A DNA stretch of 64,000 nt from an uncultured Methanosarcinaceae archaeon (GCA_963847185.1 CAWJYV010000008.1:768001-832000); one strand, 5' to 3'; shown: positions 50,421-62,498, counted from the stretch's first letter. The notes: generated by a model not told the origin, from the letters alone. Translations and numbers: made by a program.

Positions 50421-52948
50421 ATGAGTTCCCAGAATCGTCCTGTAGCATTAAAAGATAAAATTAAATCCAGCTGGCCATACACTCTGACAGTTGCGATAAT
50501 AGGTTTTGCAGCTTTTTGGATCAAAACAATCCCTTCTAATACAGTGTTTTTATCTGATGGCACTGTGAAGTTCGCTACCAATGATGCCTGGTATCATATG
50601 CGGACTCTAAGACTTCTTCTTGAGCATTACCCCCACAGGATTTTTTTTAACCCAATGACGAATTATCCTAACGGAAGTTACATCCATTTCGGTCCTTTAT
50701 TTGATCAAATGATGGCGATTACTTCCCTGGTTCTCGGTCTTGGCCACCCAAGTTCCGAACTTGTTGACACTATAGGAGCCTACTTTCCTGCAGTTCTCGG
50801 AGCTCTTACTGTTATTCCTGTTTATTATATCGGAAAATACCTCGGAGGACATAAGACAGGGATACTTGCTGCGATCCTAATTGCCTTTGCTCCGGGCCAC
50901 TTTTTGGCCCGTTCAATGATCGGTTTTACAGATCATCATGTTGCTGAGTCTTTATTCAGCACTTTCTTCATGATGTTTTTTATGCTGGCTCTGATTTCAG
51001 CAAAGAAAAATAAGTTGCGCTTTGACCATATAATCAATAAAGACTTCAATGTTGTAAAAGAGCCCCTTATATATTCGATTATTGCCGGTATCATGTATTC
51101 TGCCTACCAGCTTATATGGCCAGGAGCTTCTCTTTTCGCATTAATCGTTGTTATCTACGCTGTTTTCCAGTATATCCTTGATAATTTCCACAACGAATCA
51201 AGTGATTACCTCGGGTTTATAGGAATAATCACTTTTTTGGTAAGTGCAGTTCTTATCCTTCCTTTTGTACATCCAGACATGGGTTTTTCGATGTATTACT
51301 ATTCCTGGTTCCATGTTGTTACTGCTTTTGGAGCAATGGTAGTTTTTGCAGTTTTAAGTTTTAGTCAAAGGGAGTTTAAGAAGAAGAATATTAAGGCTTA
51401 TTATTATCCTCTTTTAATTATCGGGGTTGCATTCTTTGGACTAATTACAGTAAAGATTGCCTCTCCAGCTCTTTATGGTCTTATCATAAATGCTCCAAAT
51501 ACTGTCTTTGGGGTTCAAGAAGGAGGGGCAGCTTCAATTGGTGAAGCTTCATCTATGTTTTATGATAACTATAATAAAACTTTCACTTTCTCGAAAGCTT
51601 TTGCATATCTTACTCTTTCAGGATTTATAGTTTCGACTCTAGGAATTCTCATTCTGTTCGCTAAAATGTTCCGGAAACCCAGGCCTGAAGAAGTACTGGT
51701 TCTTGTCTGGAGTATTCTGCTGCTCCTTGCAATCTACGGTCAGAACCGTTTTGGATACTACTATTCCATTAATGTTTCAGTTCTCTGTGCTTATGTAGGA
51801 GGCCTGGTTTTAGAGGCAGTAAGATGGGATGAACTTGATCAGAAATTTAAGAGTAATGTAAAATCTCCTGCAGATATTCCAAAATTCTTTAAGTTTATCA
51901 AAATCGAACAAATAATTGCAGTTCTTGCTATAGTAATCATTCTAATCTATCCAGTATATGGAGCTGCAAAAGCACAAGCATTAGGCTCCAATGCTCCCAA
52001 TGAACCCTGGATGGAAGCATGTCTGTGGCTTCGTTCAAATACTCCAGATCCTGGAATGGACTATAATGCCATTTATGATGCCCCTGAAGACGGAAAACTT
52101 TTCGATTATCCAGATACTGCATACGGAGTTATGTCCTGGTGGGATTACGGGCACTACATAGAAACAATTGGCTACCGTATGCCTAACGCCAATCCTTTTC
52201 AGGCTGGAATAGGAGGGCGCAGAGGAAGCATTAATGAAACTAATCAGCCCGGCGCTGCACCCTTTTTCACGGCTGCAATCCGAAGAAGAAGCAACATCAG
52301 TGCTTGAAGCTGTAGATCCTGATCCTGATAAAGTCGGAGCACGTTATATTATATCTGACAACTACATGGCTACTGGGATATTTGGAGCAATGGCTGCATG
52401 GACCCTTGATACTGAAGGGTATTCGCAATCTTACTGGATGGGGAGCGGATATCAAAGTCTGCCTTCCACTCGTTACTATAATTCCATGGAATCAAGGCTT
52501 CAAATTCTGGACGGAAATGGGCTGAAGCAGTACCGTATGATTCATGAAACCTGGGCATATCAGACTGAGGAAGTAGTGTATAGGCAGTTCTATAATTTAC
52601 TTTCCGGGAGCAGTATTTCCGAAGTGGATACAGGTTATGTCAAGATTTTCGAATATGTCAAAGGTGCAAAAATAACCGGGACCGCTTCTCCTAATGAGTC
52701 TGTCAAAATAAGTACGACAATTCTTACAGGCCAGGAGAGAACCTTTGAATATTCCCAGTCTACAACTTCGGATTCTCAGGGAAGGTATGAATTTACAGTA
52801 CCCTATTCAACTGAAGGTCCGGTTGCAGGCGAGACTCAGTTCGATACCGCGCCTTCAGGCCCCTATGTAGTGAGCTATGGAGATACGACAAAAGAAGTTA
52901 GAGTAAATGAAGAAGCAGTATTAAAAGGCAGAAGAAGTAAAGGTATAA
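50421..52948 (+). CDS. aglB: Oligosaccharyltransferase AglB, paralog 1; two +1 frameshifts (near 52276 and 52929)
   Basis: NDAWYH, DHHVAE, WWDYG and NPFQ motifs. The frames rejoin when aligned to the two intact neighbouring paralogs. Confidence 0.92.
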
Positions 52949-53396
52949 GCTAAGCGTATGATTGGTTTTAATCCTTCAATTTTTCTTTCCTTTTACCTTT
53001 TTTCCTTACTTAAGGTTATTATCTTTGATGTTTTGACTTAATGTAATTTCAAATTTTTTCTCTTCTATGCACCTACGCTTGAATTTATTATTTCTAATTC
53101 ATATGTCTGAATTCAAAAGTAAATTGCACACATTCTCTCTTTTGGAAAATCTGTTGCAGTCTCCATGTAGGCTGTTTGATAGGAGTGATTGTTGGCTCTA
53201 ACGGAGTCTTTGTTCTCCAAAAAACTGATAAAATTCGGAAAGTCATTTAGAGCTAGTTTGGAGATTAGACCAATATGGGACCCTGTTCAAAAGTGGGAAA
53301 GAGTTATAAGTAGTCGTATTTAGTTAATAGCATCAATTTAATTTTCTTTTCTATAGTTCTATAAGTTATGAAAATATATTCTTAAAGGGAATTATC

Positions 53397-55919
53397 ATGA
53401 GTCTTCAGGATCATCCTGTATCATTAAAAGATAAAATCAAATCCAGCTGTCCTTATACTCTCATAGTTGCAGCGATCTTTTTTGTATCTCTGTGGACCAG
53501 GACACGACCCTCATACTCGGTATTTTTGCCAAGCGGGTTTGTAAAGTTTACCAGCAATGACGGCTGGTATCATATACGTACTTTAAAACTTCTTATTGAG
53601 CATTATCCACACAGAATATTTTTCAATCCCATGACCAACTATCCCAATGGAAGTTACGTCCATTTCGGTCCTTTATATGATCAAATGATGGCGATTACTT
53701 CCCTGGTTCTCGGTCTTGGCCACCCAAGTTCCGGGCTTGTTGATACCGTAGGAGCCTATTTTCCTGCAGTTCTCGGAGCTCTTACTGTTATTCCCGTTTA
53801 TTATATCGGAAAATACCTCGGAGGGCATAAAACAGGAATACTTGCTTCTATTCTAATTGCGTTTGCTCCGGGCCAGTTTTTATCCCGTTCTATGATCGGT
53901 TTTACAGACCATCATGTTGCTGAGTCTTTATTCAGTACTTTCTTCATGATGTTTTTTATGCTGGCTCTGATTTCAGCAAAGAAAAATAAGCTGAGCTTTG
54001 ACCATGTGATTAATAAAGATTTTAATGTTGTAAAAGAGCCCCTTATCTATTCGATTATTGCCGGTATCATGTATTCTGCCTATCAGCTTACGTGGGCAGG
54101 AGCTTCTCTTTTCGCATTAATCGTTGTCATTTATGCTGTCTTCCAGTATATTCTTGATAATTTCCACAACGAATCAAGTGATTACCTCGGGTTTACAGGA
54201 ATAATCACTTTTTTGGTAAGCACAGTGATTATTCTTCCTTTTGTGCATCCTGACATGGGATTCTCACTGTATTACTATTCCTGGTTCCACGTCATCACGG
54301 CTTTTGGATCAATGGCAGTTTTTGCAGTTTTAAGTTTTACTGAGAGAGTGTTTAAAAGAAAGCAGATAAAGGCCTATTATTACCCTCTCTTGATCAGTGG
54401 AGTTGTATTTTTCGGACTTCTTGCAGTAAAAATTGCCTCTCCATCTCTTTACTCCCTTATTGTTAGTGCTCCAAATACTATTTTTGGAATTCAAACAGGG
54501 GGAGCGTCTACAATTGGTGAAGTTTCTTCTATATTTTTCAAGGGTGGCAATTTTACCTTTTCGAAAGTCTTTGGAAACTTCACAACTCCCGGCTTTCTCG
54601 TCTCAACTTCAGGAATACTCATTCTGCTTGCCAAAATGTTCCGCAAACCCAGATCTGAAGAAGTGATGCTTCTTGTCTGGAGTATTCTGCTGCTCCTTTC
54701 AATCTACGGTCAGAACCGTTTTGCATATTACTATTCCATTAATGTTTCAGTTCTCTGTGCCTTTGTCGGTAGCCTCTTGCTTGAGAAGGTAAAGTGGAAT
54801 GAACTTGACCGGAATTTCAAGAATACCATAAAGTCACCTGCAGATATTCCAAAATCCTTTAAATTTGTCAAAATCGAACAGGTCATTGCAGTTCTTGTTT
54901 TAGTTATTGTTCTAATTTATCCTGTATACGGATCTGCAATGAAACAAACTGATGGCGGGTCAAATGACCCCCGATGGGAATGGATTGAAGCATGTCAATG
55001 GCTTGGCTCAAACACCCCAGAACCAGGAATGGATTACAATGCCATTTACGACGCCCCTGAGGATGGAAAACTTTTCAAATATCCAGATACCGCATACGGA
55101 GTTATGTCCTGGTGGGATTACGGACACTGGATTGAGGTTTTCGGACACAGGATGCCTAATGCCAATCCTTTCCAGGCCGGAATCGGAGGGCGCAGAGGAA
55201 GTATTGATGAAACTAATCAGCCCGGAGCTTCTAGCTTTTTCACGGCTTCATCCGAAGAAGAGGCAACATCAGTGCTCGAGGCTGTAGACCCTGACCCCAA
55301 CAAAGCCGGGGCGCGTTATATCATGTCTGATGCGAAGATGGCCACAAGAATATTTCTATCAATGGCTACCTGGACTCTTGATACTGACGGATACTATCAA
55401 TCTTCCTGGACAGGCAGTGGATATAAAAAAACTCCTTCCACTCGTTACTATAATTCCATGGAAGCAAGACTGCATATTCTGGACGGAAACGGATTAAAAC
55501 AGTACCGTATGGTCCATGAAACCTGGGCAGACAAGACCCAGGAAATCTGGTATCGAGAGGTCTATAATTCTCTTTTCGGAAAAAGCATCTCTGAAGTAAA
55601 CACAGGCTATGTCAAAGTATTCGAATATGTTAAAGGTGCAAAAATAACCGGAATAGCCTCTCCTAATAAACCTGTCAAAATAAGTACGACAATTGTTACA
55701 GGCCAGGAAAGGACTTTTAAATATTTTCAATCTACAACCTCGGATTCTCAGGGAAGGTATGAATTTACAGTACCCTATTCGACCGAAGGTCCGGTTGCAG
55801 GCGAAACTCAGTTCGATACCGCGCCTTCAGGCCCTTATGTAGTGAGCTACGGAGATACGAAAAAAGAAGTTAAAGTAAATGAAGAAGCAGTGTTGAAAGG
55901 AGAGGAAGTAAAAGTCTAA
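53397..55919 (+). CDS. aglB: Oligosaccharyltransferase AglB, paralog 2
   Basis: 840 aa; DGWYH, DHHVAE, TIGE and WWDYG motifs. Confidence 0.96.
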   Translation: MSLQDHPVSLKDKIKSSCPYTLIVAAIFFVSLWTRTRPSYSVFLPSGFVKFTSNDGWYHIRTLKLLIEHYPHRIFFNPMTNYPNGSYVHFGPLYDQMMAITSLVLGLGHPSSGLVDTVGAYFPAVLGALTVIPVYYIGKYLGGHKTGILASILIAFAPGQFLSRSMIGFTDHHVAESLFSTFFMMFFMLALISAKKNKLSFDHVINKDFNVVKEPLIYSIIAGIMYSAYQLTWAGASLFALIVVIYAVFQYILDNFHNESSDYLGFTGIITFLVSTVIILPFVHPDMGFSLYYYSWFHVITAFGSMAVFAVLSFTERVFKRKQIKAYYYPLLISGVVFFGLLAVKIASPSLYSLIVSAPNTIFGIQTGGASTIGEVSSIFFKGGNFTFSKVFGNFTTPGFLVSTSGILILLAKMFRKPRSEEVMLLVWSILLLLSIYGQNRFAYYYSINVSVLCAFVGSLLLEKVKWNELDRNFKNTIKSPADIPKSFKFVKIEQVIAVLVLVIVLIYPVYGSAMKQTDGGSNDPRWEWIEACQWLGSNTPEPGMDYNAIYDAPEDGKLFKYPDTAYGVMSWWDYGHWIEVFGHRMPNANPFQAGIGGRRGSIDETNQPGASSFFTASSEEEATSVLEAVDPDPNKAGARYIMSDAKMATRIFLSMATWTLDTDGYYQSSWTGSGYKKTPSTRYYNSMEARLHILDGNGLKQYRMVHETWADKTQEIWYREVYNSLFGKSISEVNTGYVKVFEYVKGAKITGIASPNKPVKISTTIVTGQERTFKYFQSTTSDSQGRYEFTVPYSTEGPVAGETQFDTAPSGPYVVSYGDTKKEVKVNEEAVLKGEEVKV

Positions 55920-56525
55920 AACAGTATGAGGTATGCGGTTGTGCATTCTTCCCCATTAATTATTTTCTTTCTTTTCTATTTCTATTATCTTTTAAATCTA
56001 TTAGAAGCCGATATATCTAAAGTATTTTACTTTTCTGTATCCGCTACCTAGATATACTATTAAAAAAAGTTACTTCACAGGCAAGTATGATGGAAGAGAT
56101 TTCTTATTTTGTTTGAGTTCGGAGGTGTATTTAAAGAATTTGAAGATAATAAACTAAATACCTGCTGAAAAAGGCGACACATGCTGAAAAAGGCCGGTAA
56201 TATCGACAGATGAATTTCTCCGGTCAGAATGTAATTTTCGAGTTTCAGTGTTGTGATCTGGTAGTTCTATCTATCTAAAAGCTTCAAAATTGAAGTTTTC
56301 CGTGCTGTCATTTTTGAAAAACCTGTTTATTCATAAAATGGTCCTGATCTGTTCAGGCAAGGGTATATTATGAAGCTCTTAAGCTGGAAAGGATCTTTAG
56401 TAGGAAATGATAGGATTAATTAGGTATTTGAATTGCTACTTTGAATATAATACAATGGATTTATTTTTCTTTTTCCATAAAATATATATCTCATGAAAAA
56501 ATGGTACCTCTAAAAGGGGATTATT

Positions 56526-59048
56526 ATGAGTTCTCAGGATCATCCTGTATCTTTTAAAGATAAAATTAAATCCAGCTGGCCATACACTCTGGCAGTTGCG
56601 ATAATAGGTTTCGTAGCTCTGTGGATAAGAACACTTCCTTCAGATACTGTGTTTCTATCCGACGGGTTTGTAAAGTTTACCAGCAATGACGCCTGGTATC
56701 ATATGCGTACTTTAAAGCTTCTTCTTGAGCATTACCCCCACAGAATATTTTTCAACCCCATGACCAACTATCCCAATGGAAGTTATATCCATTTCGGTCC
56801 TTTATATGATCAAATGATGGCTCTTACTTCTCTTGTTTTAGGTCTTGGCCACCCAAGTTCCGGGCTTGTTGATACCGTAGGAGCCTATTTTCCTGCAGTT
56901 CTTGGAGCTCTTACTGTCATTCCTGTTTATTATATCGGGAAATATGTTGGAGGGCATAAGACAGGGATACTTGCTGCTATTCTAATTGCGTTTGCTCCGG
57001 GCCAGTTTTTATCCCGTTCTATGATCGGTTTTACAGACCATCATGTTGCTGAGTCTTTATTCAGTACTTTCTTCATGATGTTTTTTATGCTGGCTCTGAT
57101 TTCAGCAAAAAAAAATAAGCTGAGCTTTGACCATGTGATTAATAAAGATTTTAATGTTGTAAAAGAGCCCCTTATCTATTCGATTATTGCCGGTATCATG
57201 TATTCTGCCTATCAGCTTACGTGGGCAGGAGCTTCTCTTTTCGCATTAATCGTTGTCATTTATGCTGTCTTCCAGTATATTCTTGATAATTTCCACAACG
57301 AATCAAGTGATTACCTCGGGTTTACAGGAATAGTCACTTTTTTGGTGAGCACAGTGATTATTCTTCCTTTTGTGCATCCTGACATGGGATTCTCACTGTA
57401 TTACTATTCCTGGTTCCACGTCATCACGGCTTTTGGATCAATGGCAGTTTTTGCAGTTTTGAGTTTCATTGAGAGGGAGTTTGAAAGAAAGCAGATAAAG
57501 GCCTATTATTATCCCCTGTTAATTGTCGGGATTTCACTTCTTGCATTGGTTGTAGTGAAGGTAGCTTCTCCTGCTCTTTATTCCCTGATTGTTAGTGCTC
57601 CAAATACGGTTTTTGGAGTTCAAACTGGCGGCGCAGCTACAATTGGTGAAGCTTCTTCTATGTTTTATTATGGTGGAACTTTCACTCTTGCAAGAGCATT
57701 TGGAAACTTCACGACTACCGGCTTTCTTGTCTCTACTTTAGGAATTCTCATTCTGTTTGCTAAAATGTTCCGCAAACCCAGGCCTGAAGAAGTAGTGCTT
57801 CTTGCCTGGAGTATTCTGCTGCTCCTTGCAATCTACGGTCAGAACCGTTTTGCATACTACTATTCCATTAATGTTTCAGTTCTCTGTGCCTTTGTCGGTA
57901 GCCTCTTGCTTGAGAAGGTAAAGTGGAATGAACTTGACCGGAATTTCAAGAATACTGTAAAGTCACCTGCAGATATTCCAAAGTCCTTTAAATTTGTCAA
58001 AATCGAACAGGTCATTGCAGTTCTTGCTTTAGTGCTCGTTCTAATCTATCCTGTATACGGAACTGCAATGCAATATACAGGTGGCTCAAATGACCCCAGC
58101 TGGGAATGGATTGAAGCATGTCAATGGCTTGGCTCAAACACCCCAGATCCAGGAATGGACTACAATGCCATTTACGATGCTCCTGAGGATGGAGAGCTTT
58201 TCAAATATCCTGATGCCGCATACGGAGTTATGTCCTGGTGGGATTACGGACACTGGATCGAGATTTTCGGTCACAGGATGCCTAATGCCAATCCTTTCCA
58301 GGCCGGAATCGGGGGGCGCAGAGGAAGTATTAATGAAACTAATCAGCCCGGAGCTTCTAGCTTTTTCACAGCTTCATCCGAAGAAGAAGCAACCTCAGTG
58401 CTTGAAGCTGTAGACCCTGACCCCAACAAAGCCGGGGCACGTTATATTATGTCTGATACAAGGATGGCCACAGAAATATTTATGGCAATGGCTACCTGGA
58501 CCCTTGATACTGACGGATACTTCCAGTCTTACTGGACAGGGAGCCAATATCAAAGCCTTCCTTCTGACCGCTATTATAATTCCATGGAAGCAAGACTGCA
58601 TATTCTGGACGGAAACGGATTAAAACAGTATCGTATGGTCCACGAAACCTGGGCAGTCCAGACTGCTGAGGAATCAGGATACAGACAGGTTTACAATTTA
58701 CTTTTCGGAGGCAATATCTCCCAAGCAGATACAGGTTATGTCAAGGTTTTCGAGTATGTTAAAGGCGCAAAAGTAACTGGAACCGCTTCTCCTAATGAGC
58801 CTGTCAAAATAAGTACAACAATTATTACAGGCCAGAACAGAACCTTTGAGTACTCTCAATCTACAACCTCGGATTCTCAGGGAAGGTATGAATTTACAGT
58901 ACCCTATTCAACCGAAGGTCCGATTGCAGGCGGGACCCAGTTCGATACTGCGCCTTCAGGCTCTTATGTAGTAAACTACGGAGATACGACAAAAGAAGTT
59001 AGAGTAAATGAAGAAGCAGTGTTAAAAGGAGAAGAAGTAAAAGTCTAA
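56526..59048 (+). CDS. aglB: Oligosaccharyltransferase AglB, paralog 3
   Basis: 840 aa; DAWYH, DHHVAE, TIGE and WWDYG motifs. Confidence 0.96.
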   Translation: MSSQDHPVSFKDKIKSSWPYTLAVAIIGFVALWIRTLPSDTVFLSDGFVKFTSNDAWYHMRTLKLLLEHYPHRIFFNPMTNYPNGSYIHFGPLYDQMMALTSLVLGLGHPSSGLVDTVGAYFPAVLGALTVIPVYYIGKYVGGHKTGILAAILIAFAPGQFLSRSMIGFTDHHVAESLFSTFFMMFFMLALISAKKNKLSFDHVINKDFNVVKEPLIYSIIAGIMYSAYQLTWAGASLFALIVVIYAVFQYILDNFHNESSDYLGFTGIVTFLVSTVIILPFVHPDMGFSLYYYSWFHVITAFGSMAVFAVLSFIEREFERKQIKAYYYPLLIVGISLLALVVVKVASPALYSLIVSAPNTVFGVQTGGAATIGEASSMFYYGGTFTLARAFGNFTTTGFLVSTLGILILFAKMFRKPRPEEVVLLAWSILLLLAIYGQNRFAYYYSINVSVLCAFVGSLLLEKVKWNELDRNFKNTVKSPADIPKSFKFVKIEQVIAVLALVLVLIYPVYGTAMQYTGGSNDPSWEWIEACQWLGSNTPDPGMDYNAIYDAPEDGELFKYPDAAYGVMSWWDYGHWIEIFGHRMPNANPFQAGIGGRRGSINETNQPGASSFFTASSEEEATSVLEAVDPDPNKAGARYIMSDTRMATEIFMAMATWTLDTDGYFQSYWTGSQYQSLPSDRYYNSMEARLHILDGNGLKQYRMVHETWAVQTAEESGYRQVYNLLFGGNISQADTGYVKVFEYVKGAKVTGTASPNEPVKISTTIITGQNRTFEYSQSTTSDSQGRYEFTVPYSTEGPIAGGTQFDTAPSGSYVVNYGDTTKEVRVNEEAVLKGEEVKV

Positions 59049-59056
59049 GTATTGCG

Positions 59057-59110
59057 GAGAGTGCAGTTGTGCACTCTTCTCATTGATTATTTTCTTTCTC
59101 TTTCATTCTT
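59057..59110 (+). terminator. Hairpin plus T-rich terminator after aglB3
   Basis: GAGTGCA/TGCACTC stem followed by TTTTCTTTCTCTTT. Confidence 0.6.
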
Positions 59111-59221
59111 GAGACTTTATCTTTTGAGCTTCTACTTGAGCAGGTATTTACGAATATTGCTCCAGTTTACCGCATCCGCTATTTAGAATTATTAAAAAAT
59201 CTATTTCGGAGATGAATTCTG

Positions 59222-59734
59222 ATGGAAAACCCTATCACAGGCCGAGTATGGATATTCGGAGATGATGTTGATACAGATGTGATTATACCCGGGAAATACC
59301 TGCGGACCAAGGATATGCAGGTCTTCGCAGCCCATGCAATGGAAGGAATTGATCCGGAGTTCGCGAAAAAAGTCAAGCCCGGAGATATCATTGTTGCAGG
59401 TACCAACTTCGGTTGTGGGTCTTCACGGGAACAGGCCCCCCTTGCTTTAAAACACGCAGGAGTGGCTTGTGTTATAGCAAAGTCTTTCGCAAGGATCTTT
59501 TTCCGAAACTCGATCAATGTTGGACTTCCTCTTATGGAAGCTGATGTCGAATGTCAGGAAGGAGATGAGATTGAAGTTGACCTTCTCAAAGGAGAAGTTA
59601 CAGTTCCTGGAAAAGGTACATTCAAAGGAAATAAATTGCCTGATTTCCTGCTAGAAATGCTTACTGATGGCGGACTTGTAGCCCACAGGAAAAAAAGTCA
59701 AAGCAAGCAGAGTGAATATAACCTGATTCAGTGA
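59222..59734 (+). CDS. aksE: Methanogen homoaconitase small subunit (LeuD family; coenzyme B synthesis)
   Basis: [11 protein letters not shown] and NFGCGSSRE motifs. The YLRT specificity loop is typical of homoaconitase rather than isopropylmalate isomerase. Confidence 0.8.
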   Translation: MENPITGRVWIFGDDVDTDVIIPGKYLRTKDMQVFAAHAMEGIDPEFAKKVKPGDIIVAGTNFGCGSSREQAPLALKHAGVACVIAKSFARIFFRNSINVGLPLMEADVECQEGDEIEVDLLKGEVTVPGKGTFKGNKLPDFLLEMLTDGGLVAHRKKSQSKQSEYNLIQ

Positions 59735-59810
59735 CTTACTCAAAATTCGATTACCACTCAAGTTTAAGAATTATTGAATATCCGAGAATTATTCAAAGAA
59801 ACCGATACAT

Positions 59811-60680
59811 ATGATTTTTCCTGAAGAATACAAGCATGTTGGCGTAACAAAAACCTTTTGTTCAGCTTCTCAAGAGCCTATTTACTTCTTAACCGACTAC
59901 CTGATAGCTGAGAATGAAAATTCTAACGGTACACCTGAGTATTCAGTTTATCATGTAATAAAAAGTGGAGAAGGGTTGCTCCAAAAGGTCGAAGCCCTTG
60001 AATTAATCGCCTCCAGAGAACAGGTAGTTAAATACGACAGGGAACTTAACATAAAGGATCGTAAACTCCTAATCGAGATTGCAGCAAAAATCTGTACAGG
60101 CAAAGTGAATACTGTAATATTTACAGGTGTAGACAGGCATGTTACTATTATTCACGATCCTGACCCCTCAAGCATTCTGGAGATTCAAATCCTTGATGTA
60201 GCTCCACCTGAGCCTTCCTGGCTTTCTCAGGTTGTGAGAAGGCTTGAAGCAAGTGGAATTTTTGGTGACCTCCAGGTTCGTTTTGTTGAGAAAGTAATTG
60301 ACCTCAGGCAGTTCGAAGGAAAAAATACTGTTTTTCCATGCAGTGCTTCCGGGCTTGAAGGGAAATGCCTGGATTCTGACATCCTTACCGAAAACGGACA
60401 CTTGCTTGTAGGGTGTGAGATCTCAAAAACGCTTTTTGAGACTCGTTTTCCGGAGCTTGAGTACTCTTTTGTAAACATCTGTCCTTTCAAATCCGAAATC
60501 GTTGTGCCCTCAAAGCCTTTTATTACTCGCTGCTGCAGGTCTGAAAAATCAGGGCTTGTAAATATTTCCGGCTTCGAAGGTGCTGTAGTACATTGGGGAG
60601 CGTCGGAGTATCAGGTTGCAGAGGCAATAAGAAATCTTGTTTACAGGTTGAGGAAAAACCAGCTCGATCTTAACAGTTAA
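59811..60680 (+). CDS. Conserved hypothetical protein with Cys-rich C-terminal region
   Basis: 289 aa; FPC, GCE, NICP, RCC and VHWGA motifs. Confidence 0.8.
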   Translation: MIFPEEYKHVGVTKTFCSASQEPIYFLTDYLIAENENSNGTPEYSVYHVIKSGEGLLQKVEALELIASREQVVKYDRELNIKDRKLLIEIAAKICTGKVNTVIFTGVDRHVTIIHDPDPSSILEIQILDVAPPEPSWLSQVVRRLEASGIFGDLQVRFVEKVIDLRQFEGKNTVFPCSASGLEGKCLDSDILTENGHLLVGCEISKTLFETRFPELEYSFVNICPFKSEIVVPSKPFITRCCRSEKSGLVNISGFEGAVVHWGASEYQVAEAIRNLVYRLRKNQLDLNS

Positions 60681-60711
60681 AATGCCTATTACGATATGGA
60701 GTAATTACTCA

Positions 60712-61272
60712 ATGTCCTTTTTAACCAATTTTCTTTTAGCTCTCGGGCTTGCAATGGATGCATTTGCAGTTTCCATGTCCAGTGGTACTACTATAAGGCC
60801 TTTTCAGCTCAAGGATGCCCTGAAGCTAGCTGTTTTTTTCGGCGGTTTTCAGGCTCTCATGCCGGTACTGGGCTGGCTTGGAGGAAGCGCAGTAAGCGGC
60901 TTTGTTTCGGACTACGCTCCCTGGATTGCCTTTTTGCTTCTGGTCTTTATAGGGGGTAAAATGATTTACGAAGCTCTTTATGGAAGTCCTGATGGGAAGG
61001 TAAGTTCTCTTAGCTATTCGGTTCTTTTTGTGCTTGCAATCGCTACAAGTATAGATGCCCTTGCTGTAGGAATCAGCTTTGCATTTCTCAAGACACCTAT
61101 TCTTGAACCTATTATCATTATAGGTTCGGTAACTTTCTTCATGTCCTTCTGTGGTGCAATCCTTGGTTACAGAATAGGTCACTTCTTTGAAAACGAAGTC
61201 GAGATTCTCGGAGGCCTGATCCTCATAGGACTTGGTGGAAAAATTCTTGCCGAACACCTGCTCTGGATCTGA
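60712..61272 (+). CDS. mntP: Manganese efflux pump
   Basis: LAMDAFAVS, FQALMP, ATSIDALAVG and EILGGLILIG motifs; GGAG RBS before ATG 60712. Confidence 0.92.
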   Translation: MSFLTNFLLALGLAMDAFAVSMSSGTTIRPFQLKDALKLAVFFGGFQALMPVLGWLGGSAVSGFVSDYAPWIAFLLLVFIGGKMIYEALYGSPDGKVSSLSYSVLFVLAIATSIDALAVGISFAFLKTPILEPIIIIGSVTFFMSFCGAILGYRIGHFFENEVEILGGLILIGLGGKILAEHLLWI

Positions 61273-61338
61273 AAAATTATTTGTGAATCTTAAAAAGTTT
61301 CGCCAGATTCATATACCTCAAACTATAGATCCAGTAGT

Positions 61339-62335
61339 ATGAAACTGGCTGTAATCGAAGGTGACGGGATTGGCAGGGAAGTTATCCCTGAGGCAGTCAA
61401 AGTTCTTGATGTTTTTGGGCTTGAGCTTGAGAAAGTACCTCTGGAACTGGGATATGCCAGATGGCAGAGAACAGGGACTTCAATATCTGACCAAGACCTA
61501 GAAACTATAAAAGGATGCGATGCCATCCTTTTTGGGGCAGTTACCACTGTGCCCGATCCCAGTTACAATAGCGTACTTCTAACCATCAGAAAGGAACTCG
61601 ATCTCTATGCCAATGTAAGGCCTATAAAACCTCTTCCAGGCATAACTGGTGTTACCGGAAGAAATGATTTCGATTTTATTATTGTCAGAGAAAACACTGA
61701 AGGGCTGTATTCGGGTATTGAGGAAATAGGACAGGATCTTTCATGGACAAAAAGAATCGTCACCAGAAAAGGCTCTGAACGGATTGCAGAGTATGCCTGC
61801 AAGCTTGCAAAAAAGAGAAATAACAAATTAACTATTGTCCATAAGTCCAATGTCCTGAAATCCGATAAGCTTTTCCTTGATGTTTGCAGGCAAACTGCCA
61901 GTGCTAACGGCGTAGAATACTGCAGATATGCTTGTTGATTCAATGGCGTATAGCCTTATGATGCATCCTGAGAGATACGATGTTATAGTTACAACAAACC
62001 TCTTTGGAGATATTTTGAGCGATATGTGTGCTTCTCTTGTCGGAAGCCTTGGGCTTGTCCCAAGCGCCAATATAGGGAAAAAATATGCTTTTTTCGAGCC
62101 AGTACACGGAAGTGCTCCTGATATAGCAGGAAAGGGTATTTCAAATCCTCTAGCTGCAATTCTCTGCGTAAAGATGCTGCTGGAATGGATGGAAGAACCG
62201 TGCTCTCTACTTATTGATGAAGCGATAGCGCATGTACTTGAAAAGAAGATAATTACCCCTGATCTGGGGGGTACTGCCAGCACAGTAGAAGTGGGGAATG
62301 AGATAGAAAGATATATTCGTGACGCTCTTGGATAA
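61339..62335 (+). CDS. aksF: Homoisocitrate/isopropylmalate dehydrogenase family enzyme, likely AksF; +1 frameshift near 61921
   Basis: GDGIG, RENTEG and HKSNV in the first frame; NLFGDILSD and EPVHGSAPDIAG in the second; clustered with aksE. Confidence 0.8.
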
Positions 62336-62498
62336 AAGCTTATATAAATTTTCTAATTTATTCATTGCAGGCTTTTATTATTAATTTCATTTTTTCTTTT
62401 CCCTCACATATTATTGAAAATATTTAATAGGTATTAAGTATGAAAAATATTACACAGAAATCACACTAAATTCAATATAGAATATCATGAGGATGGAA

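Noticed and set aside
56163-56194. TGCTGAAAAAGGC direct repeat (also AGAAAGTTGCTGA twice near 63865-63893)
   Set aside because: Two-copy short duplications with no further support for function
59222-59734. Annotation as leucine-pathway leuD (and leuB at 61339)
   Set aside because: The YLRT loop and pairing with the dehydrogenase favour homoaconitase and homoisocitrate dehydrogenase of coenzyme B synthesis; not proven without phylogeny
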